Source: Auanema rhodensis (Eukaryota > Animalia > Nematoda). From it: a stretch of DNA of 64,000 nucleotides. The first letter of the stretch is position 1. Each line of letters starts with the position of its first letter. Below, piece by piece: positions 29,176-40,343 of the stretch. The translations under genes were made by a program, and so were the position numbers. The stretch is from contig OZ059898.1 of NCBI GenBank assembly GCA_964057225.1, positions 12,090,001 through 12,154,000 of the forward strand. The letters are read 5' to 3'. The notes beneath the pieces are model-generated. The model did not search any database. It was not told where the DNA came from and was given only the letters and a program-made list of their open reading frames with translations.

Positions 29176-29730
29176 TAGAATTAGATAGAATGAATAAATT
29201 AAAAAAAAAGAAAAACTCAATGGAAGTTTAGAATTCTTGTAAACTATCCTTCAGTTGTTTTTCTACAGATTTATTAAAATAAAACAAACAGAATTGCAGA
29301 AAGGTGCTCTCTGATGTTAAATTCAACAAATCAATATAAGGGAGGAATATTTAATAAGAATATTATTTCAGAGATGCATTGTAAAAGCACGACTACTTTC
29401 AGCTCTTGCAATTACCTGATTACTTGATTCAGTTATACATATAGGCTGCCAATCTCATTATTCTCATGTTGATAATGGTCGTTATAACATTATTGAAACA
29501 AAGTTTTTCACCGAAATAAATTCATTAGAAGTGTATACATTACTATACATTTCATTAGTTAAATGATTGAAAATATACAAATGATCTTTAGAATAGTAGT
29601 CTGTTCCAATTCATATTGTTCAATATAGGCCAGTTGACTTCTGGTATACCTTGTTGTATTAGAAATGCCCTCTTTATAGTTTGATTCTTCGGTCAATAAC
29701 TTAAGAGGTATTTGGTATAAAAAAATGTAT

Positions 29731-29760
29731 GCGTTCGGGAGTTCGATTCCCCCGAATGCA
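29731..29760 (+). pseudogene. Partial tRNA-Gly (T-arm/3' half) in a fold-back structure
   Basis: gcgttcgggagttcgattcccccgaatgca; D and anticodon arms are missing. Confidence 0.8.
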
Positions 29761-29869
29761 TACATTTCTAATTTTCCTGTTTTCCTTCAACATGCTGGAT
29801 CCATATCTTCTAACTCAGGTGGTCGAGTACCCGCCGTTTCTATTAGGACTGGGTATCTCTTAATCCATA

Positions 29870-29941
29870 GCGTTCATGGTGTAATGGTCAGCATGGATGC
29901 CTTCCAAGCATTCGACGGGGGTTCGATTCCCCCCGAACGCA
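29870..29941 (+). tRNA. tRNA-Gly(TCC), array copy 1 (G7>A acceptor-stem mismatch)
   Basis: gcgttcAtgg... otherwise identical to the other copies. Confidence 0.85.
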
Positions 29942-30046
29942 TACATTTTTCTTTTTCAGGTTGTACAACATGTTCAACCTTATCTTCTAACCCAGGTAGT
30001 CGAGTACCCGCCGTTTCTATCAGGACTGGGTATCTCTTAATCCGTA

Positions 30047-30118
30047 GCGTTCGTGGTGTAATGGTCAGCATGGATGCCTTCCAAGCATTCGACGGGGGTT
30101 CGATTCCCCCCGAACGCA
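30047..30118 (+). tRNA. tRNA-Gly(TCC), array copy 2
   Basis: Identical to the solo copy. Confidence 0.95.
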
Positions 30119-30224
30119 TACATTTTTCTTTTTCAGGTTGTACAACATGTTTGAACCTTATCTTATAACCCAGGTGGTCGAGTAGCCGCCGTTTCTATCA
30201 GGACTGGGTATCTCTTAATCCATA

Positions 30225-30296
30225 GCGTTCGTGGTGTAATGGTCAGCATGGATGCCTTCCAAGCATTCGACGGGGGTTCGATTCCCCCCGAACGCA
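30225..30296 (+). tRNA. tRNA-Gly(TCC), array copy 3
   Basis: Identical to the solo copy. Confidence 0.95.
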
Positions 30297-30403
30297 TACA
30301 TTTTCCTTTTCCCGGTTCTTCCAACATGTTTGAACCTGATCTTCTAACCCAGGTAGTCGAGTACCCGCCGTTTCTATCAGGACTGGGTATCTCTTAATCT
30401 GTA

Positions 30404-30475
30404 GCGTTCGTGGTGTAATGGTCAGCATGGATGCCTTCCAAGCATTCGACGGGGGTTCGATTCCCCCCGAACGCA
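30404..30475 (+). tRNA. tRNA-Gly(TCC), array copy 4
   Basis: Identical to the solo copy. Confidence 0.95.
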
Positions 30476-30581
30476 TACATTTTCCTTTTTCAGGTTGTAC
30501 AACATGTTGGAACCTTATCTTTATGTTCCGGCGACCAACTACGCCAGGTTGAGATAAGGACTGGGTATCTCTTAATCCATA

Positions 30582-30653
30582 GCGTTCGTGGTGTAATGGT
30601 CAGCATGGATGCCTTCCAAGCATTCGACGGGGGTTCGATTCCCCCCGAACGCA
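30582..30653 (+). tRNA. tRNA-Gly(TCC), array copy 5
   Basis: Identical to the solo copy. Confidence 0.95.
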
Positions 30654-30759
30654 TACATTTTCCTTTTTCAGGTTGTACAACATGTTTGAACCTTATCTTA
30701 TAACCCAGGTGGTCGAGTAGCCGCCGTTTCTATCAGGACTGGGTATCTCTTAATCCGTA

Positions 30760-30831
30760 GCGTTCGTGGTGTAATGGTCAGCATGGATGCCTTCCAAGCA
30801 TTCGACGGGGGTTCGATTCCCCCCGAACGCA
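30760..30831 (+). tRNA. tRNA-Gly(TCC), array copy 6
   Basis: Identical to the solo copy. Confidence 0.95.
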
Positions 30832-30936
30832 TACATTTTTCTTTTTCAGGTTGTACAACATGTTCAACTTTATCTTCTAACCCAGGTAGTCGAGTACACG
30901 CCGTTTCTATCAGGACTGGGTATCTCTTAATCCGTA

Positions 30937-31008
30937 GCGTTCGTGGTGTAATGGTCAGCATGGATGCCTTCCAAGCATTCGACGGGGGTTCGATTCCCCC
31001 CGAACGCA
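30937..31008 (+). tRNA. tRNA-Gly(TCC), array copy 7
   Basis: Identical to the solo copy. Confidence 0.95.
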
Positions 31009-31114
31009 TACATTTTTCTTTTTCAGGTTGTACAACATGTTTGAACTTTATCTTTATGTTCCGGCGACCAACTACGCCAGGTTGAGATAAGGACTGGGTA
31101 TCTCTTAATCCATA

Positions 31115-31186
31115 GCGTTCGTGGTGTAATGGTCAGCATGGATGCCTTCCAAGCATTCGACGGGGGTTCGATTCCCCCCGAACGCA
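31115..31186 (+). tRNA. tRNA-Gly(TCC), array copy 8
   Basis: Identical to the solo copy. Confidence 0.95.
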
Positions 31187-31292
31187 TACATTTTCCTTTT
31201 TCAGGTTGTACAACATGTTGGAACTTTATCTTTATGTTCCGGCGACCAACTACGCCAGGTTGAGATAAGGACTGGGTATCTCTTAATCCATA

Positions 31293-31364
31293 GCGTTCGT
31301 GGTGTAATGGTCAGCATGGATGCCTTCCAAGCATTCGACGGGGGTTCGATTCCCCCCGAACGCA
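31293..31364 (+). tRNA. tRNA-Gly(TCC), array copy 9
   Basis: Identical to the solo copy. Confidence 0.95.
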
Positions 31365-31469
31365 TACATTTTTCTTTTTCAGGTTGTACAACATGTTCAA
31401 CTTTATCTTCTAACCCAGGTAGTCGAGTACACGCCGTTTCTATCAGGACTGGGTATCTCTTAATCCGTA

Positions 31470-31541
31470 GCGTTCGTGGTGTAATGGTCAGCATGGATGC
31501 CTTCCAAGCATTCGACGGGGGTTCGATTCCCCCCGAACGCA
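31470..31541 (+). tRNA. tRNA-Gly(TCC), array copy 10
   Basis: Identical to the solo copy. Confidence 0.95.
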
Positions 31542-31647
31542 TACATTTTTCTTTTTCAGGTTGTACAACATGTTTGAACCTTATCTTATAACCCAGGTGG
31601 TCGAGTAGCCGCCGTTTCTATCAGGACTGGGTATCTCTTAATCTGTA

Positions 31648-31719
31648 GCGTTCGTGGTGTAATGGTCAGCATGGATGCCTTCCAAGCATTCGACGGGGGT
31701 TCGATTCCCCCCGAACGCA
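31648..31719 (+). tRNA. tRNA-Gly(TCC), array copy 11
   Basis: Identical to the solo copy. Confidence 0.95.
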
Positions 31720-31825
31720 TACATTTTCCTTTTTCAGGTTGTACAACATGTTGGAACCTTATCTTTATGTTCCGGCGACCAACTACGCCAGGTTGAGATA
31801 AGGACTGGGTATCTCTTAATCCATA

Positions 31826-31897
31826 GCGTTCGTGGTGTAATGGTCAGCATGGATGCCTTCCAAGCATTCGACGGGGGTTCGATTCCCCCCGAACGCA
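31826..31897 (+). tRNA. tRNA-Gly(TCC), array copy 12
   Basis: Identical to the solo copy. Confidence 0.95.
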
Positions 31898-32002
31898 TAC
31901 ATTTTTCTTTTTCAGGTTGTACAACATGTTCAACCTTATCTTCTAACCCAGGTAGTCGAGTACACGCCGTTTCTATCAGGACTGGGTATCTCTTAATCCG
32001 TA

Positions 32003-32074
32003 GCGTTCGTGGTGTAATGGTCAGCATGGATGCCTTCCAAGCATTCGACGGGGGTTCGATTCCCCCCGAACGCA
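32003..32074 (+). tRNA. tRNA-Gly(TCC), array copy 13
   Basis: Identical to the solo copy. Confidence 0.95.
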
Positions 32075-32180
32075 TACATTTTCCTTTTTCAGGTTGTACA
32101 ACATGTTGGAACTTTATCTTTATGTTCCGGCGACCAACTACGCCAGGTTAAGATTAGGTCTGGGTATCTCCTAATCCGTG

Positions 32181-32218
32181 GCATACGTGGTGTAATGGTT
32201 GCCCGTCAGCATGGCAAC
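32181..32218 (+). pseudogene. Truncated, degenerate 5' half of tRNA-Gly at the array end
   Basis: gcatacgtggtgtaatggttgcccgtcagcatggcaac, in register with the array. Confidence 0.75.
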
Positions 32219-32338
32219 TTTGCAGAAAAGCAGGTACTTAATCTTTTAACGATTGACATTATGCATTGTAGTTCTAACTTTTTCTAAAAGTGTGAGAAGA
32301 AGTAATTGAACAAATTCCTATAAAAGTTTTATTATTTT

Positions 32339-33912
32339 TCAATGTCTCAATGGATGAGCTTTTTTATCAAATAAAGATTGAAGTCCTTTGAAATAATCAT
32401 CAGATTCCAAATTATTATTCACAACTGCAGTTTTTTTATCATTTTGTTGGTAGATGATGATAAATGGAAGTATAACAGTATATAATGGTGCCTTAAAACT
32501 TAATTGATATCATACATGTAAACCTCAGAAAAACTGACAGCATATGTTATTTCAGTTATTATCACATATTGTAGAAATGTACTTGTTGAATTCATCTGCA
32601 AAAAAAAATATAACAGATAGTTCATAGAAATATGAAAACAAGCTATTAATAATAATTTTCAGTTTTATTGTGGTTTGTTTTAATGTGTGTGTGTGTGTGT
32701 GTGCTCCGGCATCAGAAACACAGATACGAATGATTGAATGTTTAGCTGATGATGGTTATACTCACCATTACGTATATGGTGAATACTATTGTAGATAATC
32801 CAGTACAAATAAAGCTAGTTATAGCTGTTGGTAGTTGCTGTTTTATTATTTTTTTATTTTCCATAATCTGTAATAGATTGTCATTGTTGTTGTTTTGAAA
32901 TTTTAAAAAATTAAAGCATCACAACCTGATATCTAGATCCTAAGTGAACATTTTTCATTTCTGAAAATCTTTTATGTTGTTTGCTATTACGTAAATATAA
33001 TATTGTGAATGCGAAGATTGTTACAATTTGTGAAAAACTACATGAAAGAGCAAATATCTGAAATAAAATGAATTGAAAAATATTAAATATAATAATATTA
33101 TTAGAAAAATCTAAAGAAATCACCGTAAATGAATTTGAATTTTCCGGTCGTTTAGTTGAGAATGTTATGAATATTTTTTCATGATTTAATCTCGGTAATA
33201 AAATTCCATAAGTAAATGAGAAACTTAAAAATATCTGAAATATTCTTCAAATATATATATTAAATTAAAATTGCAAACTTACCGATATTAAAACTAAAAT
33301 AGCTCCTAATGTTGATTTATTGGTTTGCTCATATTTTCTCGGAATAATAGTAGAAATTAATCTTTCAAGACATAATACCAGCAAAGTAAAAGTTTGAAAT
33401 GAATATAAAGTAAGAGAAGGCATCTTCACATGTATAGCAGGTAACGATTTAATTGTATAATCACAAGGATTATCAGAACTCAGAATAAACATTCTAAATT
33501 GAAGAACTATGATTAAATAAAATTATAAATGAGATTGAATATAAATATTATTTAGTTACCTATATATTTCATATAAGTACACAGGAAGTATTGAAATTGG
33601 TAAAATAATAATTGATATGTAATGACTAGAATATATAATTCTTGCATTTTTATTAATTATCCATTTAGTACCCTATAATATACATGTATGTACATCTACA
33701 TATTTCTATACTAAATATTATTTTTATGAATAATAATTCAATTTTTTTGTTTGTTTTTAAAAATTAACCTTTTTATATAAAACTGAAATAGAAAAAATCA
33801 ATCCAAATAAGCATAACATTATTTTAATAATAATTATAGTTCTATATAGTTCATTTTTTCTTAAATCATCTGCTAAATAGCAAATATCTGGTATGACGAC
33901 ATCATTTGACAT
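32339..33912 (-). CDS. Serpentine chemoreceptor, srab/sra class (copy 2)
   Basis: MSNDVVIPDICYLA..., DNPCDY, LERLISTIIPRKYE, LGSRYQ, C-terminal DDYFKGLQSLF. Confidence 0.85.
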
Positions 33913-34045
33913 ATCTATGAATAATTAAATTATTTGTTGTATTAAATTGGAAAGAAAAATGAGATAAGATACATATACATACATACATATGTATTTCAAA
34001 GCTTTTTTTTCTACTTTGATTTCTAATACAAAGAAGATATACATA

Positions 34046-34240
34046 CAGTTATGAAAGTCGGACACCTACTAGAATCCTTCATATCTTCTCAGACAAACTA
34101 CAATAAATCAGAAAAAATATATTTTGAATGTTAAAAAATGATAATGAATTTAGAAAAAAAAAGGAAGTTTTTTTTGTAGTTTGAAGGGGTTTTCTGGGGC
34201 CTCTAACATAGGGGTGTCCGACTTTCATCGCACAGGACTG
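34046..34240. mobile_element. Tc1/mariner-type MITE (~195 bp)
   Basis: TA|CAGT...ACTG|TA ends; subterminal inverted match atgaaagtcggacacc / ggtgtccgactttcat; a related copy lies at 62711. Confidence 0.7.
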
Positions 34241-35085
34241 TATGTGTGTATGTGGCAAAGCTGTAAATCACAGGTTTAAAATAAGAAAAAACAATTTATG
34301 AAATTAAAATTTTTAAAAACACAGGATGAAATTGAAAATATACGAAAATCATCTATAAATTTGCAATTTTTTTTTATGAATTGATGAATTAAGTTTTTAG
34401 AGGAAATAAAAAATTAAAATGCATTCAGTTGGAAAGCAAACGAATCTTTGGAACAATTTTGAACGAAAAAGATTAAAACATACATATAAATGTAATTTGA
34501 AATTATTAGCTTCGTTCTAATAATATTATATTACAATATAATTATGATTTTTTATAATAGTTAGCCTAATGATATTATACTTAAATATACATAATCTATA
34601 ATTATCTATCTATCTATCTATCTATCTATATTCATAGATATATATAAATTTGTAGATTTACATATGTATATGAATATACTATGTAGAAACATTTTTAAAA
34701 AGATTTAAATCATTTTCAGATCATTCTAATCAATTATCATCACTTTTAATATACATATATACAACATATATTTATATAAAATCATATAATTACAAAATAA
34801 TAATTATATTTAAAGTTTAAAGAACATTCAGATATGAAAGATGGAATAATTTCTTTTATGAAAAGTGAAAGAGAAGCAGATATATTATGATTGAATGTGA
34901 GTATAGTTAATTCGATCATTTGAATGTATATGTACATGAATGTAAACGAAGATACATTCATCTATTTTCAGATATATGTATATGAATTTACAGCTTAAAA
35001 GTTCTTGTGATTTTCGGAAATATTTTTAAAAAATTGAATAAACATTTGAAATTATAATACAAATATATTATAGCATATAGTTTAG

Positions 35086-35121
<36 letters not shown>

Positions 35122-35301
35122 TACGTAAAATGCTACAATTTGTTGTTTTCAAATTGAAGCAATAATTTGAGAAATATTAGAGATTTTCCGGTAGTTTATC
35201 TATTTCAATTATAACTTTATTTAATGTGGTTTTTTAAAAACTTCTCAAATTCATAAAATAATCTGAACAATATCGATAAATACATGAAAAATTATACATT
35301 T

Positions 35302-36828
35302 TTATGTCTTTCTAGGAGCTAAATTAGCTCCAAAAAATTGTTGAAGTTCTTTAAAGTAATCATCAGTTCTCAAATTATTATTCACAACAACTATTTTATT
35401 TATTTGCTTTCGATGTTGATAATAATTGATTAATGGTAAAAGAAGTGAATATATCGGAGCCTTAATTGAAGATTTATATTAAATATTTCAAATTAAGATA
35501 TATTACCTCGTATATAGCTTCACCAAAAACTGTATATAATACAATATCTGCTGGTTCACTAACTACCTATAATACATTTTGTAATTTATTTAGTATATTT
35601 AATCATATTCTTACCATAGTTTGTCCCAACAATGGTATAGTTATTAACAAAGTTATGGTAAAATTGGTCAATGTTATAGGTAACAGGAGAACTAATATTT
35701 TCCTATTTTCTGTGATCTGAAAAAGAAAATTACAAAAGGTACAATACTATTTTAATCTATTTACTTGATATTTTGCAGCTAATTCTCCGTTCTTCATTTT
35801 TGTGAACTTTTTGTGCTGTCTTGAATTTTGATAAAATGCACATACGATAATTCCTAATGAAAATATTTGAAAAATAGAGATAACCAGTAAAAAAATCTGA
35901 AAATAATATATTTTTTTAAAATATAAGATTGTTTAATTTTTAATTTATATTTAATAAAATGTGTTTTACAGTAAATTTTGTTGCTGTTTCTGGTCGTTTG
36001 ACAGCGAAGGCTGGAACATATTCTGTGTATGTTGCATTTGAAAATCCTGTTGCTAGAAGCGCATAGGTAAGTATTATTGCAATTATAATCTGTTAAATAA
36101 AGATGTAACATGTATATAGTTGTAAGAAATATCATATGATTACCGAAAGAATACTAAAACATTTTCCAAGAATTGACTGCTTTGACTTTTCATATCGTAC
36201 TAGAGTTAAGGTAGATATTAGTCTTTCTGTACTCAACGATAATAATGTTAATGCTTGTCCAAGCACACATACTGCAGAAGGTAATCGAAAATGAACAGAA
36301 TAGAAAGCATTAATAGCATAATCACAAGGCTCATCAGAATTTAAGATAAATAATCTGAAAGAAAAGTTTTAACAGTTTTATATACTATAGCCTGACCTGT
36401 GAATAGCTGAACAATATTCAGGTATATGTAATATTGGTAAAAAAATAACAAAAATTAAATGTGTTACATATATAATACGAGCATTCATATTTACTAACCA
36501 TTTGGTTTTCTAAAAAAAAACAATTGACTGTTTGCTTCTCTTTTTGCTGTACATCATGCAGTTCAAGCTTCAGACTTAGGCTAAGCTTGTGCTGTATTCT
36601 GTAGCATAGATGTCTGCTTACCAATAAAACAAAAAGTTAAAAAAAAAAAGTAAAACCAAAGTTTAAAACTTGAAACTTGAAACTAACTTTAACTATTAAA
36701 ATTACCATAGATGCTGCTGATGCAATCATACATAAAATCATTTTATATAAAATTAGTGATTTATAAAAAGTATGAGTTGTAAGTCCCAGAGCTACTAAGC
36801 ATGGATTTTCCAAACTTATATTAGACAT
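35302..36828 (-). CDS. Serpentine chemoreceptor, srab/sra class (copy 3)
   Basis: MSNISLENPCLVA..., VNMNARIIYVTH, DEPCDY, TERLISTLTLVRYE, LAAKYQ, C-terminal DDYFKELQQFF. Confidence 0.85.
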
Positions 36829-38795
36829 TAATATAATGAATAAAAAATTTAATATAATATAAAGAAAAATGTATATATTCCTATTTAAGTATAGGATTTG
36901 TTGTATTTATATGAACAATGTTGTGTAATAAGTTATAATTAGTTGCAAATGTTACATTAAATTATATGTAACCAATTTTTAAAATTGTATAATTCAATAA
37001 TGAAGTATTGTTTTCTGATAAATATGAATTATTAACACATGATATATACATATATTTATATTTATATAAAGAATTATCATAAAGATTTTATATGAAATTA
37101 AAATAGTACCTTATGATTAAAATTTTAAGATATTTCAATAAATTGTAATGTTTTCGAAAAAAAAATTCTGAAGGAAAAAACATATAACAAAAAATAAAAA
37201 GAGACCCAAAAAATTATAAAAATTTATAAATATAACTTTAAAAATTAAAAAGCAAACAGGTTTAATGAATAACAGGCGTAATATATACAAAATATTTTTG
37301 TATTGTAATAACATTTGAAAATTATTAATTTTCTATAATTTTCATAAGAAAAATCGCTTGGATAAAGGGAATCTAGAAAACTGATAATAAGTTTGAGCAT
37401 TCTATAGAACTTTTCGCATGTAAATAACACACAAAATAATTTTAGAACGATATATTTAATTTAGATTTTATGTTTTATAATTTTTTTTTATCGAACAACA
37501 AAATAGTTATAAAATATAATATATAGATTTATATATATAGATAGATAGATAGAAATAAAAATAGTTAAATAGATGAAGGAAGTTTTTTCAAATTAACCGA
37601 AATGAGTAGAGAAATTGAATAGAAAGATCTTTTTAATGTTCAATTATTGAAAAAAGAATACCAAAAACCATGAATCTGCATGTGCATTGCATAACTATGT
37701 CGTTATAAAAGTATAATTATACTCATTTTCAAACTTGCATATATTAATTTCTTCGTAATTTTCTAAAAATATGAAAAGATTTCTATAAAAAACCATATGT
37801 ATATATACATTAGTATCTTTATTAAGTATTTATATAAAATAATCACTTTTATAATATATATTAAGATAAAAATAAATTGTAGTATGTTATAAAGTTTATA
37901 AAAAAAATATTCATGAGAATCAATTGAAAAGTTGTAAAAAAGTTGAATTTGTGAGAATAAAATTGAACCAATACTCTTCTTAAACTGAAGATTGTTGGTT
38001 TGAGAACCAAATATCAAGATCAAATAAGGTAGACCAAAACATCCTGCTTGCATCTATACCTTTACTTAGAAGAAGGGATAACTCCAAATTAGTATGTGAT
38101 GAAGACTAAAATTATAATTACCTCCAACTTTGTATATCATTCGTATCAGCAGCAACAGTAGTAGCAGTAGTATTCTTTGGTTTTTTCTTTATTATATTCT
38201 GTGAAACATTGAAATTGTTTTAAAGGATGGAACACTATCAATAAGGATATAGAGCCTTGATTAAATAGATTTAGTAATAATATATAAACAATGAAAAGAT
38301 AAAAAAACAAGTTTAATTCAAATATAAATAAAGAAATTATTAATTATTTAATAATTAATTACTGATTAACTATGTATAATATATGAGTAGCATTTGAGAA
38401 CAAGCTTCTTATTTCCCTTCCACATCAACCAGTTATCCAGTTAATCAACTACGCTGCAGTACAGCCTTGTGCCATCAACGTCTAAAGCGGAAGTTATATT
38501 ATAATTGGATGATGCAAACTTTTAAAAAATGTTCTTTGTATTTAAGAAAAATTAAGTCTGAATTCAATTCATAGAATTGCAAATTATAAAAAATTTAAGT
38601 TAAATAAACATATAGATGAATATATAATTAATTTGTAGATAGATGACATTTAGATTTACAATAAATTTTGGAAATAATCAAGTATTCTCTATAACGCATA
38701 TTGTTTGAATATATTAAATTATCCATAAATTATTATTTAAGTATAATAAAGATGTTCTTTAAAAATTTTTTTTATAAGAAATGTTAAAAGATAAT

Positions 38796-39224
38796 TTATT
38801 TTTTTAAAACTGAAATGAATATATTAAGTTAATTATATTATTATATTATTATGTTATTTTTAGAAAAAAAAAGTTCTAGAAAAACATATAACTTAGCTCT
38901 CTGTTAATAAATTATCAATCATGGTATTACTGTAGTATGCAGGCTGCTATTGGTGGATTTTTGATTGGCCAATAGTAGGCGATTAACCAGCATACTACTT
39001 CAAATATAGTTAATGCGCTTCTTCATACACAACCTTCACAACATAGATTTCGTTGGTAAATAGTTTTTGTTTCTTTTAATAATTTCTGAGAATTTTAATG
39101 ATTCAGGATTCAGATGGTTGACAATATTTCGAAAAAATATGCAAAGTGGCTAGATTTTCCACGTAGGAAACAATGAAAATCATTTTTATTCGAAGTTTGA
39201 AAAGACGTGTAAGCGGTTGTATCC
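38796..39224 (+). repeat. ~430-bp direct duplication, copy 1 (copy 2 at 41179-41604)
   Basis: Near-identical sequence from aaaactgaaatgaat to gacgtgtaagcggttgtatcc at an offset of 2380. Confidence 0.92.
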
Positions 39225-39324
39225 AGTTAACTATACTAACTATATTCTTAATTATTCTTATTATAGGTGAAGAAATCTTTATTCAAATAGATGTTACAAC
39301 ATGAATATCATTGTTTCTTCTTTC

Positions 39325-39675
39325 TTACCAACCATTGGCATCCCAGCACTTCATGGTGTTGTTGAATTCTTGGACAGTCATACAACACCTGGAATGAGAT
39401 CAAGTTGGAACTTTAAGTAAGAACTTGAAGCTTTACATGTAGTAGTTGTTGTTACAGTTGTGCATCTGAATATCAAGACATCTCTTATAACACTTGTCAG
39501 CACACCAGGTTTCTCTCCAGCTGAAAAGCTCAAAGTAAGGTTAGAAACTCAGAAGATACAACGTTTGAGGGATAGAAGCTTCACAGTTAGATCCAGCAAG
39601 AGTTCCGTGACAATAGTCAACGCAGGAAGCATAAGCAGCAGCAATGCAGACAGCAAGAACGATGAGGAGTTTCAT
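39325..39675 (-). CDS. Secreted 10-cysteine peptide, 86 aa, 3 exons (copy P1-left)
   Basis: Reverse complement of the 39993-40343 model; differs by H>N near the C-terminus, silent changes and intron-2 changes. Confidence 0.85.
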
Positions 39676-39747
39676 TCTGAAAGTTTTAATTTCAAGTTGG
39701 AAAGTTGAAAAGCTTGAAGCTGGAGAATCGTTGAATGAACTAGATGT

Positions 39748-39912
39748 GATGATTTAAACTGCACAGTCAGAGGTCTTATATACTTGGATAAGCATCGGTG
39801 GGAGCTTAATCTCATGCTGTTTCCAACAACAACTTTTAGTTTTTCGGATTTGGGGTCCCATTGAGAAATTAAATTTTGAATTTCTTTATAAGGTGAATCT
39901 TCCTTTAACACT
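39748..39912. promoter_or_regulatory. Putative bidirectional promoter core of palindrome 1
   Basis: TATATAA on the - strand (39776-39782) and TATAAG on the + strand (39887-39892), each ~100 nt from its ATG; GATAAG at 39787. Confidence 0.5.
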
Positions 39913-39992
39913 ACATCCAGTTCATCCAACGATTCTCCAGCTTCAAGCTTTTCAACTTTTCAACTTTCCAACTTCAAATTGAAACTTTCAGA

Positions 39993-40343
39993 ATGAAACT
40001 CCTCATTGTTCTTGCTGTCTGCATTGCTGCTGCTTATGCTTCCTGCGTTGACTATTGTCACGGAACTCTTGCTGGATCTAACTGTGAAGCTTCCATCCCT
40101 CAAACGTTGTATCTTCTGAGTTTCTAACCTTACTTTGAGCTTTTCAGCTGGAGAGAAACCTGGTGTGCTGACAAGTGTTATAAGAGATGTCTTGATATTC
40201 AGATGCACAACTGTAACAACAACTACTACATGTAAGGCTTCAAGTTTTGACTTCAAGTACCAACTTGATCTCATTCCAGGTGTTGTATGACTGTCCAAGA
40301 ATTCAACCACACCATGAAGTGCTGGGATGCCAATGGTTGGTAA
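39993..40343 (+). CDS. Secreted 10-cysteine peptide, 86 aa, 3 exons (copy P1-right)
   Basis: tttcag-a-ATG; exons 39993-40105, 40148-40231 and 40280-40343; 42- and 48-nt GT-AG introns; MKLLIVLAVCIAAAYA-SCVDYCHGTLAGSNCEASIPQTWRETWCADKCYKRCLDIQMHNCNNNYYMCCMTVQEFNHTMKCWDANGW*; AATAAA at 40385. Confidence 0.88.

Larger units (their letters stand above)
29721..32218 (+). repeat. Tandem array of tRNA-Gly(TCC) units (177-179 bp period): 13 full-length genes plus a degenerate remnant at each end
   Basis: tRNA starts at 29870, 30047, 30225, 30404, 30582, 30760, 30937, 31115, 31293, 31470, 31648, 31826 and 32003. Confidence 0.97.

Noticed and set aside
30010-30047. ccgtttct in type A spacers as a piRNA (Ruby CTGTTTCA) motif
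   Set aside because: Two mismatches to the core, no AT-rich spacer downstream and no motif cluster in the window
29870-32074. CRISPR-like repeat/spacer appearance
   Set aside because: The repeats are 72-nt tRNA genes, the spacers fall into only two recurring classes, there are no cas genes and the context is eukaryotic
29725-32287. Repeated ORFs on both strands (MRSGGIEPP..., ...MVSMDAFQAFDGGSIPPER...)
   Set aside because: They are translations of the tRNA-Gly repeat units, not proteins
38938-39162. Possible spliced plus-strand exon pair in the duplicated flank (MQAAIGGFLIGQ**AINQH...WIQMVDN...)
   Set aside because: In-frame stops and no recognisable homology; at most a pseudogene fragment
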